The translations under genes were made by a program, and so were the position numbers. From NCBI GenBank assembly GCA_040758355.1, contig JBFLWF010000012.1:1-64000 (forward strand): a stretch of 64,000 nucleotides of DNA. The letters are read 5' to 3'. This document shows, one piece after another, positions 39,960-50,029 of this stretch. The notes under the pieces were generated by a model. The model ran no database searches. It was not told the origin of the DNA and worked only from the letters and a program-made list of their open reading frames with translations. The stretch is from Nitrospirota bacterium (GTDB lineage Bacteria > Nitrospirota > Thermodesulfovibrionia > Thermodesulfovibrionales > Dissulfurispiraceae). Each line of letters begins with the position of its first letter. Positions within the stretch are counted from its first letter, which is position 1.

Positions 39960-40738
39960 AAGCTGTTGAAATAAAAGACCTCGATGTATCCATAAACAGC
40001 AGGGAGATATTAAAAGACATAAACCTTGAGCTTGGAGAAGGGAAATTTCTGGGCATCGTGGGCCCGAACGGAAGCGGAAAGACAACCCTGCTCAGGACTA
40101 TCATTGGGATAATCAAGCCGACATCCGGTAGTATAAAAATCTTCGGCAGCATCCCTTTTGATGCGATACAAAAGGGCATGTTCGGCTATCTTCCCCAGAG
40201 CCAGAAGATAGAACTCAACTTTCCTGCAAGGGCAATAGATGTCGTCCTCATGGGAATATATTCGAGGCTTGGAACCTTCAAATGGCCTTCGAAAAAAGAT
40301 ACTGACCGTGCAAAAGAAATGTTATCGATAATGGATATGTCAGGTCTCGAAAACGAGCCCTTCGGAGACCTTTCAGGAGGTCAGCAGCAGCGTGTATCCA
40401 TTGCACGGGCGCTTATAAATAATCCGAGTATATTGATCCTCGATGAGCCGAGCACAGGCATAGATGTAGTGGGACAGGAAGACTTCTACCATCTCCTGAA
40501 GGGACTTCAAAAAAAACTGAACCTCACTATAATAATGGTCTCACATGATATAGGCACTGTAACATCGTACGTGGACGAGATCGCATGCCTGAACAAAACA
40601 CTTCACTACCACGGGAGCCCATTAGGCGCTCTCAATGATGCGGTTATAAAACAGCTTTACGGCAAACATGTGGATATCATGATGCATACAGACCTCTGCG
40701 AAAAATGCGAGAGGCTACATAGCGAGCAAAAAGATTGA
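39956..40738 (+). CDS. znuC: Zn/Mn ABC transporter ATP-binding protein
   Basis: GPNGSGKT, LSGGQQQR, LDEP, SHD. Confidence 0.85.
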   Translation: MKAVEIKDLDVSINSREILKDINLELGEGKFLGIVGPNGSGKTTLLRTIIGIIKPTSGSIKIFGSIPFDAIQKGMFGYLPQSQKIELNFPARAIDVVLMGIYSRLGTFKWPSKKDTDRAKEMLSIMDMSGLENEPFGDLSGGQQQRVSIARALINNPSILILDEPSTGIDVVGQEDFYHLLKGLQKKLNLTIIMVSHDIGTVTSYVDEIACLNKTLHYHGSPLGALNDAVIKQLYGKHVDIMMHTDLCEKCERLHSEQKD

Positions 40739-40739
40739 C

Positions 40740-41546
40740 ATGTTAGAACTTTTTTCATACGGGTTCATGCAGAGGGCATTGCTCACAGGAGCGGTGCTTT
40801 CGATATTTTCAGGGATAATATCGGTATTCATAGTGCTGAGGAGAGTATCGTTCCTTGGCTCCGGCATCTCTCACGCTGCATTTGGAGGGGTTTCCATAGG
40901 CTTCCTGCTGGGCATAAACCCCCTTCTGACAGCACTTGTATATTCCATTATCGTGGCCTTTGGCATCGAACAGATAAGCTCAAAAGGAAGGCTCGCAGAA
41001 GATACAGCCATAGGGATATTCTTTTCCAGCTCCATGGCACTCGGCATCGTCCTTGTAGGATTATCGGCAAGCTACAATGTGGACCTATTCGGTTACCTTT
41101 TCGGCAGCATACTGGCAATAACAAACGAGGATGCATTAATAGCCGTATGCACAACCCTCTTCCTGATGGGAGTCATATTCGTAATCATGAAAGAACTTTA
41201 TTTCATCACCTTTAATGAAGAGCTTGCATTTGTAGGCGGCATAAAGGTGAGGCTCATAAAGTCCATATTCCTGCTTTCAATGGCAATCGCCATAGTAGTA
41301 GGCATCAAATTGGTTGGCATTATCCTCATCTCTGCGCTCCTCGTAATACCGGGCGCTGCCGCACAACTGCTGACAAAACGATTTTACAGAATGGTCATGG
41401 TCTCATGCCTTATATCCCTGTTTTCCACAATCTCTGGAATTATTGTCTCCTATCGCTTTAACCTCGCTCCAGGCGGGACCATAGTCATTCTATTGTCCTT
41501 GATATTTTTTGTTGCGTTTTTCAGCAAGACATTAAATAATGCTTGA
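40740..41546 (+). CDS. znuB: Zn/Mn ABC transporter permease
   Basis: ISHAAFGG, EDTAIGI, YLFGSIL (ABC-3 family). Confidence 0.85.
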   Translation: MLELFSYGFMQRALLTGAVLSIFSGIISVFIVLRRVSFLGSGISHAAFGGVSIGFLLGINPLLTALVYSIIVAFGIEQISSKGRLAEDTAIGIFFSSSMALGIVLVGLSASYNVDLFGYLFGSILAITNEDALIAVCTTLFLMGVIFVIMKELYFITFNEELAFVGGIKVRLIKSIFLLSMAIAIVVGIKLVGIILISALLVIPGAAAQLLTKRFYRMVMVSCLISLFSTISGIIVSYRFNLAPGGTIVILLSLIFFVAFFSKTLNNA

Positions 41547-41606
41547 AATTTTATTTGTTTAGGTGTATCTTTGTCTTAAAGAATTAACATTTTTTCCAGA
41601 AAGGGG

Positions 41607-41990
41607 GTGAAAAAACAAATGAAAAAGGCACTTCTATTGGCAATGGCAGTACTATTTCTCTTCTCTTTCGGATGTGCTACAAAAGACTATGTAAAACAGC
41701 AGATAGACCCGCTTGTTGACAGGATCAGCAAGCTTGAGGCAAGGGTTTCGGCTCTTGAATCAAAGGTTGGCGCCCTTGAAGGCAAGGTTGGCGCACTATC
41801 GTCTGATGTGTCCGCTGCTAAAAAGGATGCAGCAGAAGCCAAATCCCTTGCACAGGAGGCAATGAGGGTCGCAAAGGATTCTGCTGACAGGGCTGAGGCT
41901 GCTGCAAAGAGGGCAGAGGCTGCTGCACAGAGGGCAGAAGAGGCATTTGGCAAGGCTAAAAAGGCCTTTGAATTACAGCAGAAGAAGTAA
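41607..41990 (+). CDS. Alanine-zipper lipoprotein (Lpp/OprI-like)
   Basis: Lipobox FSFG-C, heptad coiled coil, Ala zipper, C-terminal QQKK. Confidence 0.85.
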   Translation: MKKQMKKALLLAMAVLFLFSFGCATKDYVKQQIDPLVDRISKLEARVSALESKVGALEGKVGALSSDVSAAKKDAAEAKSLAQEAMRVAKDSADRAEAAAKRAEAAAQRAEEAFGKAKKAFELQQKK

Positions 41991-42933
41991 TCTTACCCTC
42001 CCGCAAAAAATTTTCTGCGAAAATTTTTTGCGGGAGTTCTATTTTAAAACCGGAAATCTCCACAGGTATTCCGCTCTTTTCCTTAACAGCATGATATAGC
42101 TTTTCGGTATTTATTTTTTTAAGCAAACCCTTCTTCCTCAACAATTCCACTGCCTCGTTAAAATAGTTTATGTCCTTTTCGGTATCGTCTCTGTGAACTT
42201 CTATATACACACTATCGCCCTTTACGCCTACTTTAACAGGCTGCCGGACAATGGTAACTTTAGTACCCTTAGGCACCATCTGAAAAAGCTTAGGGACATC
42301 TTCAGGATACAGTCTTATGCATCCGTGTGTAACCCTCCTCCCCACTGCCCAGGGCCTGTTTGTTCCATGTATTAGATAACTGCCGAGGGAAAGCCTCAAT
42401 GCATGGGTGCCGAGGGGATTCTCAGGACCGGGCGGAACCACATTCGGCAGTTCCGGTCTCTCTTTTTTAATCGATTCAGGCACATGCCATGCAGGGTTAG
42501 CTATCTTCTCTATTATCTTGAAATTCCCGACAGGCGTGTCATTGCCTTCATCCCCTATCCCTATGGGGAAAGTCCTCGCCAGTAATACCTTCTTATGTTT
42601 CAGAAAGTAGTAAAGTCTCATCTCTGTGATATTTATGACAATCCCATCGTATGATGCCACATCAGGCAATATCCACATCGTTGGTATATTAACAGTCGAA
42701 TTGCTTCCGGGAAGGAAGGGATCGAGTTTTGGATTCGCATCCACAATCTCGTTGTAGCCAACATCGTAGTTCCTTGCTATCTCTATCAGGGATTCGTTGC
42801 CGTTAACCTTATGGGTCTTAATAACCCCGATCACTGTGTTGTCCTTGCCGTAGGAATAGACCTCGGCAGAAGCAGACGTGGAAGATATTGCGAAAAAAAC
42901 CAAAGCAGACAGGACAATTTTCAACAATCTCAT
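41956..42933 (-). CDS. L,D-transpeptidase (ErfK/YbiS/YcfS-like with LysM-like N-terminus)
   Basis: PPGPENPLG, YLIHGTN, THGCIRL catalytic motif; signal peptide. Confidence 0.93.
   Translation of the reverse strand: MRLLKIVLSALVFFAISSTSASAEVYSYGKDNTVIGVIKTHKVNGNESLIEIARNYDVGYNEIVDANPKLDPFLPGSNSTVNIPTMWILPDVASYDGIVINITEMRLYYFLKHKKVLLARTFPIGIGDEGNDTPVGNFKIIEKIANPAWHVPESIKKERPELPNVVPPGPENPLGTHALRLSLGSYLIHGTNRPWAVGRRVTHGCIRLYPEDVPKLFQMVPKGTKVTIVRQPVKVGVKGDSVYIEVHRDDTEKDINYFNEAVELLRKKGLLKKINTEKLYHAVKEKSGIPVEISGFKIELPQKIFAENFLREGKITSSAVIQRPF
41998..42036. terminator. Perfect hairpin at the junction of the convergent lipoprotein and LDT genes
   Basis: 18-bp perfect IR CTCCCGCAAAAAATTTTC-tgc-GAAAATTTTTTGCGGGAG. 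Confidence 0.65.
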
Positions 42934-43018
42934 AAATTGAATAATAACCAACAAGCGCAGTATAATTCAAGCGATTGACAAAATCTGACTTTATGTAGTT
43001 AAATATAAGTCGCTTTTC

Positions 43019-43094
43019 GGGCGGATAGCTCAGCTGGGAGAGCACAGCCCTTACAAGGCTGGGGTCACAGGTTCGATCCCTGTTCCGCCTACCA
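43019..43094 (+). tRNA. tRNA-Val (TAC)
   Basis: Cloverleaf: GGGCGGA/TCCGCCT acceptor, CAGCC-cttacaa-GGCTG anticodon arm, GGTTCGAT, encoded CCA. Confidence 0.97.
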
Positions 43095-43105
43095 TAAACC
43101 GCTTT

Positions 43106-43182
43106 GGGGCGGTAGTTCAGCTGGTTAGAACGCCGGCCTGTCACGCCGGAGGTCGCGGGTTCGAGCCCCGTCCGCCCCGCCA
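43106..43182 (+). tRNA. tRNA-Asp (GTC)
   Basis: GGGGCGG/CCGCCCC acceptor, CCGGC-ctgtcac-GCCGG anticodon arm, GGTTCGAG, encoded CCA. Confidence 0.97.
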
Positions 43183-43278
43183 GACGTTACTCTCAGCAAA
43201 CCGTCTGTACACACTCAATTACTTGGAAATAAATGGTGGGGTATCAAATCAAGAACAATATGAAGACTACTTTCTACT

Positions 43279-44343
43279 CTATTTCCCAAATGGACAAACA
43301 GGATACCTGCACTCCTTGCAATTAAGACATAGACCGCCATGTCCGAGTTCTGCAAGCTCTTTTCTTCCGATCTTTTCTCCTGCGAGTATCCTCGGAAGGA
43401 TTAAATCGAAAATGGTTATCTTATGATACATTCCACAGGCGGGAATGCCGAGAATGGGAATGGATGTAAGGTATGCTGCTAAAAACATCGCTCCAGGAAG
43501 AACTGCGGAGCCGTATGCAATATCGGCTGCGCCAAGCCTCCTTATGGCAAACCTTGTGACATCGTCCGGGTCAACAGACATGCCGCCTGTTGTTATAAGC
43601 AAATCAGCGCCTGCCTCGATTAATTCCTTCAGCCTTGCTTCGATAAATCCTTCGTCATCGGGTGCATAATATATGCCGACAATGCCTCCATCAAACTGTT
43701 CTATCTTTTTCGTGATTACAGTGGCAAAGGCATCTTTTATCCTCCCATAATAGACCTCGTTGCCGGTAATAACGACTCCGATCTTCGGTTTTCTCATTTC
43801 TTTAATCTCTATGATCTTACCTGCGGATTCAGTGATTCTCACTGCTTCTTCAACCACATTTCTCTTGACCACCAGCGGTATAGCCCTTGTTCCGGCCACA
43901 ACCTGACCTCTCTTTACCACGGTGTTGCCATGAAGGGTTGCACACATCACATCGCCTAACATATTGAATTGAGTAAGGGCGTGTTTATTTACCTTCAGAA
44001 GCCCGTCTCTGTCAGCAATTATGTTTATCTTTCCTTCCTTTGGTTCGCCCTCCACTGTAACGCCTTCACCCATGAGGGCATTGGCAAGGGCATATGCTGC
44101 ATCGTCTTCATGAACTTCGTCTTCAGCGATATTTAAAACAAATAAATGCTCTTTCCCAATTTTTCGAAGATGGTTTATGTCTTCCTCCTTGATGATATGG
44201 CCTTTTCTAAATGCCCTTCCCTTGAACTCGTCCCTGCGTATTTCTGTAATGTCATGTGCCAATACCATTCCTACAGCTTCTGCTACAGGTATTGTCCTGG
44301 CGCCTGACATGCTCCTTATTTCGTTATTCTGCACGTCGCACAT
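43279..44343 (-). CDS. Molybdopterin-binding/biosynthesis protein (MoeA/MoaB-like domain)
   Basis: GMVLAHDIT, TGNEV, TTGGMSVDPDD, GSAVLPG, C-terminal GGLCLNC..C.YP.CPFGK. Confidence 0.82.
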   Translation of the reverse strand: MCDVQNNEIRSMSGARTIPVAEAVGMVLAHDITEIRRDEFKGRAFRKGHIIKEEDINHLRKIGKEHLFVLNIAEDEVHEDDAAYALANALMGEGVTVEGEPKEGKINIIADRDGLLKVNKHALTQFNMLGDVMCATLHGNTVVKRGQVVAGTRAIPLVVKRNVVEEAVRITESAGKIIEIKEMRKPKIGVVITGNEVYYGRIKDAFATVITKKIEQFDGGIVGIYYAPDDEGFIEARLKELIEAGADLLITTGGMSVDPDDVTRFAIRRLGAADIAYGSAVLPGAMFLAAYLTSIPILGIPACGMYHKITIFDLILPRILAGEKIGRKELAELGHGGLCLNCKECRYPVCPFGK

Positions 44344-44355
44344 AGAGCCTCCTTC

Positions 44356-44655
44356 CTATAACTCCTTCCCGGCATTCGCAGTAATTGTTATCTTCTGGAA
44401 CCATAAAATCCCTTTCAAAGGTGACAGCATTCCTTTTAAAGTATTTTGTATTAATGTCTTTGCAAAGTCTTTTTTTATGTCTATCTCTCCATTTTCGGTA
44501 TAAATACGAAGCTCATCGTATTCGATACAGATGGTTACATTCCTTGGGTTATAGCCCAGGGACCTCGCAATTGCACACAGGACGTTTGCAATATAATTCT
44601 GTGTAAAGTCATTAAGGGGAACTACACGATTATTTACCAGAAGGCTCGTTTTCAA
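44356..44655 (-). CDS. Hypothetical protein (99 aa), resembles small MobB C-terminal-type domains
   Basis: LVNNRVVPLNDFTQNYI..GMLSPLKG; co-oriented and overlapping within the operon. Confidence 0.6.
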   Translation of the reverse strand: MKTSLLVNNRVVPLNDFTQNYIANVLCAIARSLGYNPRNVTICIEYDELRIYTENGEIDIKKDFAKTLIQNTLKGMLSPLKGILWFQKITITANAGKEL

Positions 44656-45259
44656 TTGTGTTTTGCGTTCTTGAAATTATTAAAGCTGTTATTCCCGCAC
44701 CTGCAGAATAGAATTTACTACCTTGTTCGAAATTTTTAATCTCCTTTGCAAGTTCGTCTATCCAATTCAGATGACTGCCGAGAAATTCCATTTGTTCCTC
44801 AATGTCTCCATTAATGCATAAAAACGCCATATACTCCATCTCAAGTGCTATGTGGTCTGGCATGGATGAATATTTATCCGGTATGACGATGTCGCGAGCC
44901 TGATAGCGCTTGATCATGTCCATCGCAGGGTCTCCCATCAGATAGCCTTTCTCTCCCGCCATAGGCAGCCTGCATTCGGGATCGCTCGACCATCTCTTAT
45001 AAACGCTTTCAACAGGAACGATATAAGGCGGTAACGGGCCCTCAAATAGCCTTCTGTATTCATCTTTAAGAATATTATATACATCACCGCTTACTAAAAA
45101 CCCCGAAAGGCAGGATGTATCAAGATCGAGTGCAGAGAATACTTCTTTGAAATAGTCGAGGAGTCTGCCTGACGCGACATCATCGGCAAACTCCTCTGTG
45201 GGTTCCTTGAAAAACTCACTTAATTGAGCGTATAGGTTTGCCAGGAATACTTTATTCAA
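44630..45259 (-). CDS. TorD/DmsD family chaperone
   Basis: YRRLF, PVESVY, PDHIALEMEYM, HL.W. Confidence 0.88.
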   Translation of the reverse strand: MNKVFLANLYAQLSEFFKEPTEEFADDVASGRLLDYFKEVFSALDLDTSCLSGFLVSGDVYNILKDEYRRLFEGPLPPYIVPVESVYKRWSSDPECRLPMAGEKGYLMGDPAMDMIKRYQARDIVIPDKYSSMPDHIALEMEYMAFLCINGDIEEQMEFLGSHLNWIDELAKEIKNFEQGSKFYSAGAGITALIISRTQNTIENEPSGK

Positions 45260-45794
45260 GCTTTAATCGCTCCAGATAAATGGTAGACGGCTTTGTTCCA
45301 AACTTATTTATATCACGAAACCACCGTCCATCTGACTTTGCTTTCGCAATGAGATCGTCGGACTTCCCGAAACTCAATGCATGTCCCGGGCACTTGGTAA
45401 CACATGCAGGTTTTTCATCCCTCGCAAGCCTGTGTGCGCAATATGTGCATTTGTCAGCAACCATTTTATCCTCATCAAACCCCATGGCTCCGTAAGGACA
45501 CGCCCATGAACAATAACGGCACCCAATACATTTGCTTTTGTCTATAAGCACAACGCCGTCTCCTTCCCTTTTATAAATCGCTCCGGTAGGGCATGCCTGT
45601 TTGCAAGCAGGCTTTCCGCAATGCATGCACGGCATTGAAACAAAGTAGAGCTTATTGCCTCCTTGCGGATTCACCCATATTAACTTGGTTCTGTATCTGC
45701 CTTCCCCTATGCCATTTTCAAGTTTGCACGCAGTCTCGCATGATTTGCATCCAATGCATCTTTCTAAATCAACCATTATCGTATATCGACTCAT
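45252..45794 (-). CDS. 4x[4Fe-4S] electron-transfer subunit (DmsB/PsrB/NrfC family)
   Basis: CIGCKSCETAC, CMHCGKPAC..ACP, CIGCRYCSWACP, CTYC...PACVTKCP. Confidence 0.93.
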   Translation of the reverse strand: MSRYTIMVDLERCIGCKSCETACKLENGIGEGRYRTKLIWVNPQGGNKLYFVSMPCMHCGKPACKQACPTGAIYKREGDGVVLIDKSKCIGCRYCSWACPYGAMGFDEDKMVADKCTYCAHRLARDEKPACVTKCPGHALSFGKSDDLIAKAKSDGRWFRDINKFGTKPSTIYLERLKLE

Positions 45795-45809
45795 TTTCCG
45801 CCTCCTTTG

Positions 45810-48206
45810 CTATGCCTTTGTTACTTTGCATATCAGCGCTTTAAAATTTATCTGATCGGAAACAGGACACCTCTTGTTCTTATCAACAATAAAGTTTAAC
45901 GATTTCCACTGGGTAAACGGCTGTTTTTCGGAATATGTGTTCGGCACGAAAACAGTGTCTTTCCTGATACCCTCATAAACCCATGCCTTTGCAAATACAT
46001 ACCCCTTCAGTCCCTCTACCTTTACCTTATCGCCGTTCTGAATTCCTATTTCTATCGCCTTTTCAGGATGTATCATGCAGTACTGGTCGGGCGTCTGCTC
46101 GCAGAGATTCCAGAGCCAGTGGCTGCCGTCGCCAAAGTGTGCCGCGGATGGCCTGCCTGATGTAAGATACATGTCAAAGCCCGACATCTCGGGCTTCTCG
46201 GGATATTTGATCTTTACCCGCCGCGCCCTCATGTTGCCTACAGCCACTATGCCTTTCATCAGAGAGGTAATGCCCACCGACGAATCGTCATCAAGATATT
46301 CAAGATAAGGAAGACCGTCCTTCATCCCGATCTCAGGGTCAACATAAAATTCAGGCAGGGGACTCAATCCCTGAGCCTTATACATTTTTTCCAAATCCTC
46401 AGTCCATATCTCAATCTTTCCTGAGGGTCTCGGGAACTGGCCTTTCTTGCCGGGCACTCCGTGCTTCTCGGTATAAAGAGTGCCTATCTCTGGAGCGTCC
46501 GGAGTCGGAAGCGGTCCTCTCAACGCGCCATCCTTCTTAGCAAAAAATCTCTCGGGCGAAAAACCTGTCTTCTTAGCCATCGCCCTTTGTAAAACCACAG
46601 GGTCTTTGTATTCGTCCTTAAATATATCTCCCCACCCCATCTTCTTGCCGAGTTCGATAAATATCCATCTTTCGGGTTTTGCCTGATGCAGCGGCTGGAT
46701 GACCTGAGGTACAAATACGTTTCTCCTCTCATCGGAAACAGGAGCAACCCCTCCTGATTCGGCCCATGGAGACACAGGAAGAATATAGTCGAAATAGAAT
46801 GTCTCTATGCTCGGAAACATATTGTAGTACACGGAGACCTCAAGGTTATCCAGCGCCGTCATTACCCTTTCGATGTCTCCCCATTGTACGAGCGGATTGC
46901 AGCATGCCATGAATGCCTTTATGGGATAAGGCTTCCCTGTGATCATCGGCTCAACCCATGCGATAGGAGACCTTCCGAGCCTCTGTTTTTTTGGTTTTAC
47001 TTCCTTATCGGCAGGCACGGAAATGCTTCCCATTGGCGTTGCGCCTGTATTTCCGCAGCCGTATCCCATTGAAGGCTTTCCGAAATGACCTGTTATGGCG
47101 GCAAGCATAAAGAACGCCCTGTGGGTCAGATGGCCGTTTGTGTGGTGGCTCAAGCCGGCGTTGCCCATGATTATCGCCTTTTCAGTCTTTGCGTATTCCT
47201 CCGCAAGCTCTTTAATCGTCTTTGCAGAAATTCCCGTAATTTTCTCAGCCCATTCGGGTGTGTATTTTTTCTCGATAAGAAACGCCTTGAGTTTATCAAA
47301 GCCAAGCACCTTATTATTTATGAAGTCCTGATTTTGCAGGTTCTTCTCTATGATGTGATACATCATAGAAAGCGCCAACGCCATATCTGTCGAGGGCTTT
47401 ATCGGGAGCCATACATCTGCCCTGCTTGCAGCCTCGGACATCCTCGGGTCGACCACAATAAATTTTGTCTTCCTTTTTATCCTTTCATCATTCGTTGCTC
47501 CGAACGCTACAGGTTTACATGCAGCCATATTACTGCCGACAAACATGTACCAGTCTGCGCCGCCGAAATCTTCTCTCGTGTATGTCCACGGCGGGTTGTT
47601 ATGTCCTAAAATGGAATTTGAAGCGGTCGTTCCCGCAAGATTACAAAAAGGGCCGGTTCCTTCGCGATGCGGAGTGCCGTAAAGTTTCTCGAACGTCCCT
47701 GTCAGCCCCGCTCTTGCCTGGGATTCGCTCCTACCTCCGGTCCACCACGCAAGCGCCTCGGGGCCGTATTTCTCTTTAACCGCTTTAAGTTTATCTGCAA
47801 TCTCAGTTAATGCCTGCTCCCAGCTTATCTCCTGATATGATTCCGGCTTGCCCCTCGGCCCTATGCGCTTTAAAGGAGCCTTCAGGCGGTATTTGTTATA
47901 CAGCATGTTCACGCTGTTCTGTCCCTTCGGACAGAGCTTGCCGCCTGTTACAGGGTCGTCAGGATTGCCGTAAATATTAATAATCCTCCCTGCCTTTACA
48001 TGCACCTTCATGCTGCATCCCGTCTGACACCATTGACAGCCTGCTGTCACCGCCCTGTCGGGCATAGGCGCTATACCGCTTTCGGCATATGGTTTATGGG
48101 TTTTAAAATTTTCCGTGCCTTTTACACTTAAAGGCATTCCCGCAACTGCCGCAGCGGCGCCTGCAACCTTTAGAAATGTCCTTCTTGAAAGCCTTAGCTT
48201 ATCCAT
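45810..48206 (-). CDS. Tat-exported Mo/W-bisPGD oxidoreductase catalytic subunit (Psr/Phs-like; substrate unknown)
   Basis: SRRTFLK Tat motif, CQWCQTGC...LCPKG FS0, ISWEQAL, VDPR, probable Cys ligand GPFCN; AAGGAGG RBS before ATG 48206. Confidence 0.9.
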   Translation of the reverse strand: MDKLRLSRRTFLKVAGAAAAVAGMPLSVKGTENFKTHKPYAESGIAPMPDRAVTAGCQWCQTGCSMKVHVKAGRIINIYGNPDDPVTGGKLCPKGQNSVNMLYNKYRLKAPLKRIGPRGKPESYQEISWEQALTEIADKLKAVKEKYGPEALAWWTGGRSESQARAGLTGTFEKLYGTPHREGTGPFCNLAGTTASNSILGHNNPPWTYTREDFGGADWYMFVGSNMAACKPVAFGATNDERIKRKTKFIVVDPRMSEAASRADVWLPIKPSTDMALALSMMYHIIEKNLQNQDFINNKVLGFDKLKAFLIEKKYTPEWAEKITGISAKTIKELAEEYAKTEKAIIMGNAGLSHHTNGHLTHRAFFMLAAITGHFGKPSMGYGCGNTGATPMGSISVPADKEVKPKKQRLGRSPIAWVEPMITGKPYPIKAFMACCNPLVQWGDIERVMTALDNLEVSVYYNMFPSIETFYFDYILPVSPWAESGGVAPVSDERRNVFVPQVIQPLHQAKPERWIFIELGKKMGWGDIFKDEYKDPVVLQRAMAKKTGFSPERFFAKKDGALRGPLPTPDAPEIGTLYTEKHGVPGKKGQFPRPSGKIEIWTEDLEKMYKAQGLSPLPEFYVDPEIGMKDGLPYLEYLDDDSSVGITSLMKGIVAVGNMRARRVKIKYPEKPEMSGFDMYLTSGRPSAAHFGDGSHWLWNLCEQTPDQYCMIHPEKAIEIGIQNGDKVKVEGLKGYVFAKAWVYEGIRKDTVFVPNTYSEKQPFTQWKSLNFIVDKNKRCPVSDQINFKALICKVTKA

Positions 48207-48234
48207 ATCAAACCCTCCTTCTATCCGTATCAAA

Positions 48235-49011
48235 TTAATAAAGCCCGAACGACTTCGAGATAACAGATAGGTCTCCCGTGAGCTTTGCCTTCAGCGCATT
48301 AAGCTTGCCGAGTCTCTTCGTAAACATCTCCTTTACCTTTTCCCTGTGCCGTTTGTCGATGCTCTCTGTTATAAGCTCCCTTCTCTTTTCGGCCCTTTCC
48401 ATGCTATTTATTTCAAGTAAACAACTCTCTATTTTTTTAAGCTCCTCCGACTCCAATGCAACACAGTATTTAAAATTTTCAAAATAGGATGCCGTAACCT
48501 TCAATTCATGCCTGTCAATGTCCTTGAGCCTGCGAATATTTGCTTTCCTGTCTTTATTCACCACAACGCCCCTGTCAATGCACTCATAACCACAGTTGCG
48601 GTACATACTCAGACTGCCGTTCTCCATAATGAGCGACTCAGGGAAGAGACGGCAGTGAATAGGCCTGATATCATAAACCGAACACTTGCCGTCTTTGAGA
48701 AATCTGCATGGGAATATCAGCCCTACAGAAGGGATAAGGAGGCACGTGCCCGGTATCCTGTTCCATATCACCTCGCAGTAGTCCTTAAAAAAATCCCCAC
48801 CCCTCATCGAGAGATGCTTGCACAGCCTGATAATATCTCCCAGTGTCAGTTCAAGGGGATTGCCCTTGTCAGTGCAGCACCGAACACATCCGTCAATACA
48901 TCGAAAGCCTCTGTTGTCCGGGGACAGTCCCGAATCAGAGCCTGCTCCGTTTAATACGGGGGCTTCGCCCGTAATTCTGGGACAGTCCCCTTTTCTGTCT
49001 TTAACACCCAC
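48235..49011 (-). CDS. YkgJ-family (CxxCxxCC) Fe-S/zinc-binding protein; start uncertain (GTG 49011)
   Basis: FRCIDGCVRCC, PCRFL..GKCSVY..RPIHCRLFP. Confidence 0.8.
   Translation of the reverse strand: MGVKDRKGDCPRITGEAPVLNGAGSDSGLSPDNRGFRCIDGCVRCCTDKGNPLELTLGDIIRLCKHLSMRGGDFFKDYCEVIWNRIPGTCLLIPSVGLIFPCRFLKDGKCSVYDIRPIHCRLFPESLIMENGSLSMYRNCGYECIDRGVVVNKDRKANIRRLKDIDRHELKVTASYFENFKYCVALESEELKKIESCLLEINSMERAEKRRELITESIDKRHREKVKEMFTKRLGKLNALKAKLTGDLSVISKSFGLY
48920..48990. repeat. GGGACAGTCCC-type palindromic element with an internal hairpin
   Basis: Two GGGACAGTCCC cores (48921, 48979) enclosing TACGGG-ggcttcg-CCCGTA; same core as 55003-55039. Confidence 0.75.
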
Positions 49012-49936
49012 AGGCCTCTTCCACAGAGATGTTGAGCTGTGATGTTGCCTTCTGTCCGTTTTCATCTTCAACAGTTAAGACAACCGCATAAACGCCCTGT
49101 GTAAATGTATGCTGGGCCTCTTTACCTGTAGCGCTTTCCCCATCTCCGAAGTCCCATCTTATGGATTTGATCCTGCCGCTTCCGCCTCCAATAATGGCCT
49201 TGAATTTAACTGTATAGGGTGCATCGCCTCTCCTGTTTTTTACGCCGCCGATCTTTACCTTAAGCGGTCCTCCAGAAGCCAGTTCTTCTTCAACAAGCAG
49301 ACTGCCGCCAAGACGCTTTGAAGCCTTCATCAATGAGTCCCTTGTTTTGTCCTGCATCTGCGCTGGAGCAGCAATGCTTCCGCCTATCTTCTGGACTGCC
49401 TGCTGTCCGTCATCCACCCTCAACTTGTTTACTCCCATATCCACAACTACCCTTCCCAAAATGGACCAGATGGTGAACTCTTTCTTTGCGTCATCATATT
49501 TCAGTGCAAATTCAGCGCCCTGAGTCATAATGGGAACATTGCCTGCACTGATCTCAAAGTGAGTAAACAGGTGTTCGGGAACCTGAGCCTTTGCAAATAT
49601 GCGGCCCTTTTCCAGTGTAAGGAGCGTCTTTTCCATGTTCCTGTCGCTCTCAAAGATAACTCCCTTCAGGATAATGGATGTTTCAGGATAAATTTCTACA
49701 ATGCCGCCGTTTGACCATGTAAGGACAACGGCAGAATTAGCGCCTGTGGCAATCTTTTCATCCCTCTGAACAATGTCGCCCTCTTTCAACGGAATACCGT
49801 TTTTTGTTACCGTACCATCTACCCTTGTAGCCCTCACTACAGATGCATCCTCGGCATAGGCGCTAACAACGCCGACAAGCAAGATGCAATAAAACAAAAC
49901 ACTTAACACCAACACATTTCTGAAAAGTCTGAACAC
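49001..49936 (-). CDS. Exported FecR-like plus PKD domain protein ending in CGC
   Basis: Signal peptide; FecR-like GD.V....IATG.NS.V.L; PKD motif WDFGDG...HTF..G.Y.V.LTV.D. Confidence 0.75.
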   Translation of the reverse strand: MFRLFRNVLVLSVLFYCILLVGVVSAYAEDASVVRATRVDGTVTKNGIPLKEGDIVQRDEKIATGANSAVVLTWSNGGIVEIYPETSIILKGVIFESDRNMEKTLLTLEKGRIFAKAQVPEHLFTHFEISAGNVPIMTQGAEFALKYDDAKKEFTIWSILGRVVVDMGVNKLRVDDGQQAVQKIGGSIAAPAQMQDKTRDSLMKASKRLGGSLLVEEELASGGPLKVKIGGVKNRRGDAPYTVKFKAIIGGGSGRIKSIRWDFGDGESATGKEAQHTFTQGVYAVVLTVEDENGQKATSQLNISVEEACGC

Positions 49937-50029
49937 TTTCTAATACCTCCTGATTTTTGGTTCCTAATTTCTTGTTCCTTTAGCTTCTATTTTTTTGGGT
50001 CCCTGTGCCACAGAGCAGAAGGATTTGCG

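Noticed and set aside
41750..41945. Repetitive DNA in the lipoprotein gene
   Set aside because: Explained by the heptad/Ala-zipper protein repeats
43106..43279. tRNA-Asp as the attachment site of a genomic island carrying the respiratory cluster
   Set aside because: No integrase and no duplicated tRNA 3' end found within the window
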